Shown: positions 1 to 10,996 of the stretch, piece by piece | How the letters are laid out: each line of letters starts with the position of its first letter | Numbering within the stretch: the first letter of the stretch is position 1 | NCBI GenBank assembly: GCA_951406725.2 | Contig: OX597817.1 | Location: 27,218,001 to 27,282,000 of the forward strand | Reading direction: 5' to 3' | From: Octopus vulgaris | Taxonomy: Eukaryota | DNA: 64,000 nucleotides | Program-made: the position numbers and the translations under genes | The notes under the pieces: generated by a model | Seen by the model: the letters and a program-made list of their open reading frames with translations, nothing else | The model's database searches: none | What the model was told of the DNA's origin: nothing

Positions 1-358
1 CGGGCGGCACAAAAGCTACGTTGTTATCCTCATTCCGTAAATGGTGGCTCTTAATGGGTGGAGAGCTGAACCATCCTGGGGTACAGAGGATTTGCAATCT
101 AGACTAGGGTCTCAAAGTTTACCACACCATAGTGGGTTACACCATGGTTTCTCTGCATTGTGGCAGAAGTAGGAAGAAAGAGTGAGAGAAAGTTGTGGTG
201 AAAGAGTACAGCGGGGTTCAACAGCACCCCTGCCAGAGCGTCGTGTAGCTTAGGTGTTTTTGCTCAATAAACACTCACAATGCCTGGCCTGGGGATCGAA
301 ACCGCGTTCTTACGACCGCGAGTCCGCTGTCCTAACCACTGGGCCATGGCACCTCCAC
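1..358 (-). mobile_element. tRNA-headed SINE (family F head/body, distinct tail), runs off window start
   Basis: The minus strand begins GTGGAGGTGCCATGGCCCAGTGGTTAGG...GGTTTCGATCCC (Pol III A/B-box-like). The body is shared with 63144-63514 and 31541-31853. Confidence 0.85.
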
Positions 359-373
359 TGATGTTTGTGTTAT

Positions 374-405
<32 letters not shown>

Positions 406-1010
406 TTGGCAGTGACGATGAATGCAGTTGTGGCAATGGTAGTGGTGTGAAGACTATGATGAGTAAAGTTAAGCATATTTAAGGTTAGCTGGAAACAATC
501 AGTTAACATAACCACAAAACCATTATGTAATTTGCGACTGATGGAAATGAGGCTAAACTAATATATACAGTTGTGTCTGGGAAGAGTCATTTTCATTGCG
601 TCTTGCAACCTTTTAAATAATCTTGACTCAAGACTATTGAAAAGGTTGCAAGATGCAACGAAAATTTTAGGAAAATAAAAATAAGAAATAAGTGGAAATT
701 TTACCAGTGAGTGTGTTACATTATAAGTCACAAAAAGAAAATGACTCTCCCTAGAAACAACAAAATATGCTTCAACACAGGAACTCATATAAAGAATCTT
801 GCAAGCCAAATCCCAAAACGAAATAATGTATACAGTTTACATATGTTTAAGGGAATATAAATATAAGAATATTGCCTGAAATGAAATATTGCAAGTCCAT
901 CCGCAACCTGTTGAGTAATTTAAGTAGATTAAAACTTGAGTAATATTACAATTAAATTATGAACAAAATCACTCAAATAAGTTCCAGACTTAATAAACTG
1001 ATTGAAATAT

Positions 1011-1416
1011 CAGGAGTGGCTGTGTGGTAAGTAGCTTGCTAACCAACCACATGGTTCCGGGTTCAGTCCCACTGCGTGGCATCTTGGGCAAGTGTCTTCT
1101 GTTATAGCCCCGGGCCGACCAATGCCTTGTGAGTGGATTTGGTAGACAGAAACTGAATGAAGCTTGTTGTATATATGTATATATATATATGTGTGTGTAT
1201 GTGTTTGTGTGTCTGTGTTTGTCCCCCTAGCATTGCTTGACAACCGATGCTGGTGTGTTTACGTCCCCGTCACTTAGCAGTTCGGCAAAAGAGACCGATA
1301 GAATAAGTACTGGGTTTACAAAGAATAAGTCCCAGGGTCGATTTGCTCGACTAAAGGCGGTGCTCCAGCATGGCCACAGTCAATTGACTGAAACAAGTAA
1401 AAGAGTAAAGAGAGTA
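1011..1416 (+). mobile_element. SINE family A (tRNA head, CORE-like segment, internal TA/TG microsatellite)
   Basis: Head GGAGTGGCTGTGTGGTAAG...GGTTCAGTCC, then CTTGGGCAAGTG (CORE-like) and an AAAAGAGT-repeat tail. About 10 near-full copies occur in the window. Confidence 0.9.
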
Positions 1417-2235
1417 AACAAATTAAACTTTGTGATTTTTGTTTCTTTCTGCCAAGCTTTAATAACTATGGCACTGATTTCCGAGATGAGCAGCTACTTT
1501 CTAGTATGCTATCTAGTTAACACAATTGATCAATAATAATCATATATTGTCAAAAGATAACTCACTTGATATCAATCATTGCATTGTGTACATATTTATT
1601 TGTATATCTCACAGAAACATATAGAATCAGAACTTAGAGAGGTGACAAATTTGTAGGAAACATTTTTATTTGCAACATATTCTGTTTATGTTGTACTTTT
1701 GGATTCACACATTCTGATAGTTACTTCTATTTCTTCTCATGATTATTGGCTTTACTTGATGTTGCTACAGTATGCAATTTATCAATGATGTTTTAACATT
1801 AAAATTTCTATTCTTCAAATTTATAACACTGTAAAAGTGATCTTATGAAGATATCGATCTCAATGCTTTTGGTAAGTACCACTATATGTTATCTTTTCCT
1901 GGATGCTTCTTTATATTCCAGTTGTCTCCAGTGAGGCTGTATATCTTTTCTTCATAAAAGTGTTCCACATATAGAATATAATTCCTCTATTGCTTTTGTC
2001 TTTTAGTACAACATATCAAAGATGCATCTCATCATGCTACACTAAGAATTTCGGTTCCTATTAGCTTTGGAAAGTTCTCGGGTTCATGTTCTATGTCTTT
2101 GTCAGTAGCATCAATATAGATAAGTGGTCTTCAAGTCTCTAAAATATACTTTCTAGTCTGGCCTGAGGTTCAGTATTTTTTGAAATGAGGGGAAGGATTA
2201 ATTTATCATTTAGTTTAACACCATTTCTTCACATT

Positions 2236-2613
2236 GAGGTATCTTGTTTGGCTGATGCCAGCGCCGCCTCGACTGGCTTCTGTGCTGGTGGCATGTAAAA
2301 AGCACCATCCAAATCATGGCCAAAGCCAGTGCCGCCTCGACTGGCTTCCGTGCCGGTGGCACATAAAATGCACCAGTCCGACCGTGGCCGATGCCAGCCT
2401 GACCTGGCACCTGTGCAGGTGGTAAGTAAAAAGCACCCACTATACTCAAGGAGTAGTTGGCATTTAGAAGGGCATCCAGCTGTAGAAACATTGCCAGATA
2501 AGACTGGAGCCTGGTGTAGCCTTCTGGCTTCTCAGATCCCCAGTCGAACCGTCCAACCCATGCTAGCATGGAGAACAGACGTCAAACGATGATGATGATA
2601 ATGATGATGATGA
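2236..2613 (+). mobile_element. RTE-LINE 3' end (family E), 5'-truncated
   Basis: ~60-bp GTGCCGGTGGCAC...AAAAAGCACC repeats, then GAAGGGCATCCAGCTGTAGAAAC and a (GAT)n tail. Homologous to the 3' UTR of the RT-bearing copy at 41745-43530. Confidence 0.85.
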
Positions 2614-2683
2614 GGAATAAGAAAGGAAAGGTAAAGCCTGTGGCCCTTTTTTTATTTTCCAGGGCTTTCAAGACTGGGCTTCA

Positions 2684-2828
2684 GGAGGAATTACAACCGT
2701 GTTTTGTGGTGTGCTACCACAACAGCTCCTTTTTAGGATCCAGTTAGCTCAAGACATCATCAGGGGGAACCACGTCTGGTTTCAGCCCCTACTCCTCTAC
2801 CATTTTGATGTGGCGGGCCGCCCCCACT
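2684..2828. repeat. Unclassified dispersed repeat (family G)
   Basis: Closely matches 37612-37752. Confidence 0.7.
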
Positions 2829-3202
2829 TATCTTTAAGGCAGAAGCTTGACCTTAATTCTTGCAACAGAGTGAACTCCATTGAAGACACTCAAAGTGCAT
2901 GTAATGCTGTTAGACTTGGTAACAACTTAGAAAATTACCCAAGAACTCAGAATACAAAAAAATTGGAAGAAACGCTGCAAGTTAGTCATCTGAAAATCTA
3001 ACATTGCTGGCAATCCATCACTCTGGCTACAAGGTGATGCTGACTTCAGAAGAGCTTGGTCTTAAATCATGAAGTCCTCTCTCTCTAACAAGCATCTGTT
3101 ATTCCTTTCTCTCGCCAACCATGAAAGTCTTGGAAAGTGTCACTGGTGCTACTCTTGACTCCTCTAAGCCATTGAAATGAAAATTACAATGGAATGTTTT
3201 GA

Positions 3203-3925
3203 TTTACTCTTTTATTTGTTACAGTCATTTGACTGTGGCCATGCTGGAGTACCGTTTTTAGTCAAGCAAATCGACCCCAGGACTTATTCTTTGTAAGCAT
3301 AGTACTTACTGTATCGATCTCTTTTGCCAAACCACTAAGTTACGGGTATGTAAACAAACTAGCATCGGTTGTCAAGCAATGCTACGGGGACAAGCACAGA
3401 CACACAAACACACACACACACACACACATATGCATGTACATATATACAACAGACTTCTTTCAGTTTCCGTCTACCAAATCCACTCACAAGGCATTGGTCA
3501 GCCTGAGGCTATAGTAGAAGACACTAGCCCAAGGTGCCACGCAGTGGGACTGAACCTGGATTCTTTACTTGTTTCAGTCATTGAACTGCAGTCATGCCGG
3601 GGCATTGACTTGAAAAGTTTCAGTTGAATACATTGACCCAAGGATTTCACCGAATCACTAAATTACAGGGACATAAACAAACCAACACTGGTTATCAACT
3701 AGTAGTAGTGGCAATGGAACAAACACAGGTACACACACACACACACACATACACATAAACACATGTATATATTACAAGCTTCAACACAGTATCCATCCAC
3801 CAAATATATTCACAAAGTATTGATCAGTATCGAGATATAGTAGTAGAAAACAACCCAAGGTATTGTGCTATAGGACTGAATTTAAAGCCATATAGTTACA
3901 AAGTGAGTTTCTTAACCTCACAGCT
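3203..3925 (-). mobile_element. Two adjacent family A SINEs (head-truncated copy to 3560 plus an older diverged copy)
   Basis: Reverse-complement match to 1011-1416. The second copy is more decayed. Confidence 0.8.
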
Positions 3926-5130
3926 TTGCTGGGATAGCTGGGATACTTACATTTAAATTATTGGAAGAGGTATTTTCATAGACGGCTACAATCTTACCAC
4001 TCATCTAAAAATTAAGAGTAGTGTCTTCTCGGGAGGTTACGGTGTATGAAACAAACAATCATCATATGTTCTCTTTATGGAAGAAGATATTGTAATTTCT
4101 ACAATAAAGTTTTGTCTGATAACATAGTTAATATTTCTGTTTGTTAATCTCTCAGAAATTGTTCATCTATGAACCTTCAGAAATAATTTGAAAACTGTAT
4201 TCCATTAACCAAATGGATTTTATGATGAAAACTGTTATATGCAACCTACAAATAAAGATTCAGTTGTATTCACTTGAGTGGGCATAATTTCATATGACGT
4301 ATAAGCTGTTAATGGATATTAACAACTTATAACTTGATCCAGAAATCTGTAATTTTAATGATGAAATATTATCAAAAGTGACAAAGACTAATAATTGCTA
4401 ATATAACATCTCTTGGCGAGGGATAGCAATATCTATGTTTAAAATATGATCTTCTTTACTTAAATGTTCATTCCCTTTGGAATAACAGCAATTACTTCTA
4501 AATTTATAATGTAAAGGTCGTTTTGATTCCAAATTTTATTTTTTGCTTCAGCAAAGATATCAATTATTTACAAAATGAATATAAACTTATTATTGAAGAG
4601 ATCAGCAATTTTTGCAAGAAATATATTTATTGTTGTTAAAAATATTTATTTGTTGATATTTAACTTGCTTGGTTTTAATTTATATTTTATATTTTGAAAT
4701 GATGGTGATGGTGATGTGATGACGATGACAGCGACAATAATAACAATGAAGATGAATTGATGCATTTGCATTGTGCGCCCATTGTATTTACAGTGTTTAT
4801 GTTTGTCATAGGCAGAGCTATTTAACATTTGTTATTCTTTCCATTAAACTCAAATAAATGATTGGGTTAGATGGTTTTGTAAATTTTGTTGTTTAACTCT
4901 CATTGTATATTGGACAACATTTTATGATGTATCTCCCTTCATTGTTATCAAAACAGCTGGATGAGGCTTGAGAGAGATTTAATGTCTGTTTCAAGCAAAG
5001 ATATGTGCACACAGGTATCCCTGTTTTGGATCTGCCACCACCTACCACTATCCACTCGAACGAGAAAAGCAAACTAATCCTCGTTTATATATTGGTGTTT
5101 TACTTCTAAATCAAAAATCAAAGAATAAAA

Positions 5131-5580
5131 AAAATCAAATCAAAATCGAAATCGATCAACATCAATGGAGTTTGTAGTTGTGGTACCAGTGCCAGTGGCA
5201 CATAAGAGAACCATCCGAACGTGGCCGTAGCCAGCACCGCATCGACTGGCCTCCGTGCCGGTGACACGTAAAAAGCACCATCCGAGCATGGCCGTTTGCC
5301 AGCCTCGCCTGGCCTCTGTGCCGGTGACACGTAAAAAGCACCATCCGATCATGACCGTTTGCCAGCCTCATCTGGCACCTGTGTCGGTGGCACATAAAAA
5401 GTACCCACTACACTCATGGAGTGGTTGGCATTAGGAAGGGCATCCAGCTGTAGAAACACCACCAGATCAGACTGGAGCCTGGTGCAGCCTTCGGGCTTCC
5501 CAGATCCCCGGTCGAACCGTCCAACCCATGCCAGCATTGAAAACGGACGCTAAACGATGATGATGATGATGATGATGATG
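5131..5580 (+). mobile_element. RTE-LINE 3' end (family E)
   Basis: Four ~60-bp UTR repeats, the conserved terminal block and a (GAT)n tail. Confidence 0.9.
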
Positions 5581-6094
5581 ACTTCTACTGTTTTCTCTTT
5601 CCCGCTACCTGTTATATTTTCTCCAGCTTAGTCACCTCTGTTTTACCCTCTTTATGCGATAATCTATCTTTTACTGAGGTTTTCTTTTCATCATGAATGG
5701 TTATTTGCAAACTGTTAACTTGTTGCCAAGTCCTTATCTTTCTTTATCATTTCTCTAGTTTTTTAAATTGTTGAATGTTTTGCAGCTCACCTTGTTATTC
5801 AATCCTTTCGTTTCGTTAGCTGTCTTTACTTCAGCCACACTTAGCAGCTACTGACTAATTGAGAATACCCATGCTTTGTAGAAATTTATTGCATGCTTCA
5901 GTGCACTCCAAGGGATATCCTCACTCACTCTTCCATCTTTTCCTGTTCTTATCATTATCTAGTTCTTCTTTTGCATATTTTGTGTCTTCTAGTATAACCC
6001 TGGGCCAACCAAATCCTTGTGAGTGGATTTGGTGGTTGGAAACTGAAAGAAGCTTGCCATATATATATGTTTATATGTATACACACATACACAC

Positions 6095-6154
<60 letters not shown>

Positions 6155-6194
6155 GTTTATATGTATATACATATATATAAACATATATAATAAT

Positions 6195-6460
6195 AATAAT
6201 ATTTATTAGGGAGTAAAACTCCAAACTTACAAGGAAAAATTCAATTTAGTATTAAATCAAATTTCACAATATATATATATAATATATATAAATTTGCACT
6301 GAAGCATTTGATAAAGTTTTCTCTAATTTATATATATTATATATATATTACAAATATAAGGGTAAAGAATTATTAATTTAATAATTAATAAATTTTACCA
6401 AGTAGCTTCGGTATGGAAAGAGAACCGTTATTGGTAGGAACTTTTAAAAAAAGTTTTTTT
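6195..6460. repeat. AT-rich unit among TA tracts, related to 41296-41515; possible Penelope-like terminal remnant
   Basis: Shares TTAGGGA.TAAA..CCAAACT...GTATTAAATC.AATTT with 41298-41350. The Penelope assignment is inference. Confidence 0.45.
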
Positions 6461-6464
6461 TTTA

Positions 6465-6960
6465 TCTCTTATTATAAAAGGCAGATTTTATCTGCCTCCC
6501 TTTGGGAGTTATACAAATCTACAATATAGGATTTCTTCAATTACAATTTACCTTGCATTTTTAAGAGTACAATGCATCGCGTCATGCCAGGTCCAGTTTT
6601 TAAAATTTAAACTCCAGTTAAGCAAAATTTACAGAAAACTCACATTCTGGTGTGTGTGTCAAATGCTTTTCTTAGTCTGGTTTACAGCACACGCAAACGC
6701 ACACACACAGTGGGCAACGAATAAAATGAAAGTAATTGACTTACTGTAGTGAGTGATTCTTTCACTTTGCCTCCCACTTCCTCTTTCCACACAGACACGC
6801 AAATATATAAATAAAATTGTAAGCTAACGTGCGTGTGTGTGAGTGGGTGTGTGTGGGTGTGCGCGTGTGTGTGTGTGTGAGGGTGCGTGTGTGTGTGTGT
6901 GTGTGTGCGTGTGCGTGAGTGTGTGACAGGAAAGTTTTTTACGACGAATATAACACCTAT
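6465..6960 (+). mobile_element. Probable Helitron 5' part (no 3' end found)
   Basis: Starts A|TCTCTTATTATAAAAG, resembling the A|TCTTTATATATAAAAG start of the two complete Helitrons. No hairpin plus CTAG end was seen. Confidence 0.4.
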
Positions 6961-6976
6961 ATCCAAGTAGCAGAAA

Positions 6977-7456
6977 GATAAGACAGTAAGGTGTGATTTG
7001 AGGGAGATTTGGCTGCTATTTCTACCATGTCTAGCTGCCATGTAGGGGTCTCCCTCATAGGCTCATACATACATATATACATAGATAAGACAGTAAGGTG
7101 TGATTTGGGGGAAATTTGGCTGCTATTTCTACCAGGTCTAGCTGCCATGTAGGGGTCTCCCTCATAGGCTCATACATACATATATACATAGATAAGACAG
7201 TAAGGTGTGATTTGGGGGAAATTTGGCTGCTATTTCTACCAGGTCTAGCTGCCATGTAGGGGTCTCCCTCATAGGCTCATACATACATATATACATAGAT
7301 AAGATAGTAAGGTGTGATTTGGGGGAAATTTGGCTGCTATTTCTACCAGGTCTAGCTACCATGTAGAAGTCCCCCTCATTGGCTCATATATATATACATA
7401 CATAAGACAGTAAGGTGTGATTTGAGGGAGATTTGGCTGCTGTTTCTACCAGGTCT
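6977..7456. repeat. 107-bp tandem repeat, about 4.5 units
   Basis: The unit start GATAAGACAGTAAGG recurs at 6977, 7084, 7191, 7298 and 7401. Confidence 0.95.
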
Positions 7457-7524
7457 GTTAGGCCTTCTCATGTAAACTCAAGCTTTCTCATGCCTTCAAC
7501 ATAAGACCAAAGCAGAGAATGTAT

Positions 7525-7776
7525 TCTTTTATTCTTCTGCTTTTTCCAGCCATTGGTCTGTGGCCATGCTGGGGCAATGCCTTGAAGAATTGTAGTTTAA
7601 TGAATCAACTCCAGTTTTATTTTTGTAAGCATTGTACTTATTCTATCTGTTTCCTTTGTCAAACCACTAGGTGACAGGGATGTAAACAAACCAACATTCG
7701 TTGTCAAGCAGTGGTGGAGGACAATCACAAGCACAGACACGCACACACACACACATACATGCATACACATATACAC

Positions 7777-7807
<31 letters not shown>

Positions 7808-7825
7808 TATGTGTGTATATATATA
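7525..7825 (-). mobile_element. Family A SINE, 3' half, diverged
   Basis: GGCCATGCTGG...TACTTATTCTATC...GTTGTCAAGC followed by a CA/TA tract. Confidence 0.7.
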
Positions 7826-8146
7826 TTGCAGCGCGGAAGGTGTTTGTAAGCCATTTAAGAAACACACAAAAACCGTTACATTCACTTCAACATTTAAATT
7901 TAATTTTCCAAAATATTTTCATCGCTTTGAGACCGCGACCTGTTCACTGACAAAAATATCGTGCTAACAGGTCGCGGTCTCAAAGCGACGAAAATATTTT
8001 CACAAATTAAATTTAAATGTTGAAGTGAATCTAACGGTTTTTGTGTGTTTCTTAAATGGCTTATAAACACCTTCAACGCTGCAACTGTTTTCGTTCCAGC
8101 ACACGATCTCAGATCAAGTCACTTGCTATGCAAGTACATCTCTGTA
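7826..8146. mobile_element. Fold-back MITE-like element with ~118-bp inverted arms
   Basis: 7826-7944 is the reverse complement of 7966-8084, with a 21-nt loop. It ends CTCTG|TA. A second partial copy lies at ~39492-39633. Confidence 0.8.
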
Positions 8147-8248
8147 AATATATATATATTTATATATATATATATATATGTATATTGGTAAAAACAGTAA
8201 GATAACAAAAGAAAGAAAGAGACCTCAATATTATGTAAATAGAGGAAA

Positions 8249-8643
8249 TCTTTATATATAAAAGTGAGGTTGTGTGTCTGTCTCCTACGATTTAGATTCC
8301 TAACTACTCCCACATTTTGCGGTGCAGTTTAACCAAAACCGGGTATCTTATAGTCGTGATTCATATCGAGACCGTCTGGGTATTAGCGCGCGTCTACGAT
8401 GAGTCTACGATTTAAAAAAAAATTTACCATCAATTTTTCCCATTTTTAATCCATTTTTGACATATATAAGGGAAGTAACTCTCTAAAATTTATTATTAAA
8501 TCTCAGAACGTAAAAAGCTACAGTAACACCCCTCCCCCTTTGTGGTTAGCCATATTGAGATGGCTATTATACTTTACATCTCTAAAAATGCTTATATAAT
8601 TATTTCCCTTACAAACCCGAGCAACGCCGGGTGATACTGCTAG
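8249..8643 (+). mobile_element. Non-autonomous Helitron, complete
   Basis: 5' TC, subterminal hairpin CCCGAGCAACGCCGGG and 3' CTAG. Inserted between A and T with no TSD. Sister copy at 32999-33398. Confidence 0.9.
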
Positions 8644-9089
8644 TATATAAATATAATTAAGGTTTAAGCAACAAGTTGCTTCACCACATACCGAAAATTT
8701 AGAAATAGCAGCCAAAGACAGCTTATTACTTTTTACTGCAGATATTACTCCACAGATAACAATATTTGTAACTCACATAGGCAAAAAAGAAACATAGTGA
8801 AATCAAACAGTCTTCGAAGACTGCTTAATCCATTCTGTTCTTCTATGATGTGTATCCTTATATGTGCAATTCATTTGCATCAGTATTTGTTTGCATGTGT
8901 GCATGTATGTCATTGTTCTTAGTAGCACTATGACCCTCCCATCAGCCCCAGCCCTGTTGCTACTGCTGCCCTTGAACCTGACACTTGGTACAGTTCCTGT
9001 ATGTCTCTTATGTTCCTATAACATGTGTTAATTCTGTAACCCTTTAAAATAGAAGATAAGAAAGTTCCTTTTCGGCACTTGATGCTATG

Positions 9090-9436
9090 GGAGCCAGACA
9101 AAAATTGCTGCAGCTCGGCTGGGATGTGTTACCCCCATCCTCCATATTCACCAGATATTGCTCCTTTGGATTTCCACTTATTTAGGTCTCTGCAGAATAG
9201 TCTTAATGGTAAAAATTTCAATTCCTTGGATGATGTAAAAAGATACTTTGATGAAATTCTTTGCCATGAAACCACCTCAATTCTGGGAAGAGAGTATTTT
9301 CAAGTTAAAGGAAAGATGGAGACAAATTGTGCCACAAAATGGTTCATATTTGGCTGATTAAAAATGTAATGGCAAGTATTTATTGACCATTTTCTTTCCT
9401 TTAAAAATCGGCACAAACTTTCCGGACAACTCAATA
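9090..9436 (+). pseudogene. Mariner (DD34D) transposase 3' fragment with right TIR
   Basis: Translates to HPPYSPDIAPLDFHLFRSLQNSLNGKNF (YSPDLAP motif), with frameshifts. Ends CGGACAACTCAA|TA. Confidence 0.9.
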
Positions 9437-10125
9437 CATAGCAGTTCATATTCTCTCCAGGTTCCTATAAATATTTCTGGTCTTATTCCACACATACACC
9501 TTTCAATGCACGTTTTCTTTCTTCTTTTTTTTATCATGAGTGCAATAAAACCATTTTATAGTTCCTCCTAGCATTTATTGTTTATTCACTATTTCTGTTC
9601 AGATTCACTCGTTGTAAAGAAGCCAACATCTTTTGAAGGGAATGATGCAGCGGGTTTAATTCTCATTAAGAATATAGACTAATTTCAAATCAGAAAATTT
9701 TTGATTGCGAATCAGGGTATCTTAATATAATTGTTCTTCTAAGTGGAAAACACTAGCAGAGAAAAGCAGACAAGAAAATTTGGAACAGACAGCAGCCAAA
9801 CGTTCACATTAATCACCATTTGGCTGTTAGTGGTTAAATTTGACAGCTAGACATGTCAACTAGGAAGAGCTGAAACACAAACGATCTGATCTGCAGCTAA
9901 GTTAAAATGTACACTCTGAAAGATGACATACATTTTATTCTCTCTCTGTGTTTCTCTCTCTCATCTACCCTCTCATCCCCCTCTCTTTTTGTTTCTTTCT
10001 CTCTCTCACTCTTAGTTAATATTCACCATATTCTCAGAAACATTTTTCTCTTTGAAAACACAGTTATAAGCACATCATGAACCAAATTTACTATCGTTTT
10101 TAATTACTGAAGTTAATATTATACC

Positions 10126-10358
10126 TATTTCTTTACTACCCACAAGGGGCTAAACACAGAGGAGACAAACAAAGATAGACAAACGGATTAAGTTGATTAT
10201 ATTGACCATAGTACATATCTGGTACTTAATTTATCGGCCCCGAAAGGATGAAAAGCAAAGTCTACCTTGGCGCAATTTGAACTCAGAACATAATGGCAGA
10301 CAAAATACCGCTAAGCATTTCATCCGGTGCACTAACACTTCTGCCAGCTCGCCGCCGT
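10126..10358 (-). mobile_element. SINE family B with 18-bp TSD
   Basis: Minus-strand head GGCGGCGAGCTGGCAGAA...GAGTTCAAAT and a CTTTCATCCTTTCGGGG core. TSD TGAAGTTAATATTATACC at 10108-10125 and 10359-10376. Confidence 0.9.
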
Positions 10359-10507
10359 TGAAGTTAATATTATACCAAATAGCAAAGATTGAGTTTCACA
10401 TCTTGAAAAATATATAATTGTACTTTTTGAATTATTGCTATAATATTTATATTAGCTAGTCCTTAAAAAAAAATGTATGATAAACATGTCTTCTAATGTA
10501 GTCTTAA

Positions 10508-10538
<31 letters not shown>

Positions 10539-10893
10539 GTTTAACTTCCGTTTTTCGCGCTAGCACGGGTTGGATGGTTCGACCAGGGCCTGGGAAGCCA
10601 GGGGCTGCACCAGGCTCCAGTCTGATCTGGCAGTGTTTCTACAGCTGGATGCCCTTCCTAATGCCAACCACTCCGCGAGTGTAGTGGGTGCTTTTTACGT
10701 GCCACCGGCACAGGTGCCAGGGGAGTCTGGCATCGGCCACGATTGGTTGGTGCTTTTAACGTGCCACCAGCACGGAAGCCAGCCAAGGCGGCGCTGGCAT
10801 CGGCCACGTTTGGATGGTGCTTTTTATGTGCCACCGGCACAGAAATCAGTCGAGGCAGCGCTGGCATCGGCCACGTTCAGATGGTGCTTTTTA
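10508..10893 (-). mobile_element. RTE-LINE 3' end (family E)
   Basis: (CAT)n, the terminal block and four UTR repeats. Confidence 0.9.
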
Positions 10894-10996
10894 TGGAAGT
10901 AGATATTACTCAAAAATGCAAAGATTGAGTTTTACATCTTGAAAAAATATATAATTGTATTCTTTAAATTGATGACTGGGAAGTATTAACTAGTTT

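Noticed and set aside
2210-2592. Recurrent 'LQLDALPNANHS' and 'SVSVYQIHSQG' peptide families across the ORF track
   Set aside because: They are chance frames of the RTE UTR and of SINE family A, with variable stops between copies.
5859-7362. ORFs with HTHT/CVCV/YIYI runs and the repeated MAARPGRNSSQ ORFs
   Set aside because: They are translations of dinucleotide microsatellites and the 107-bp tandem repeat.
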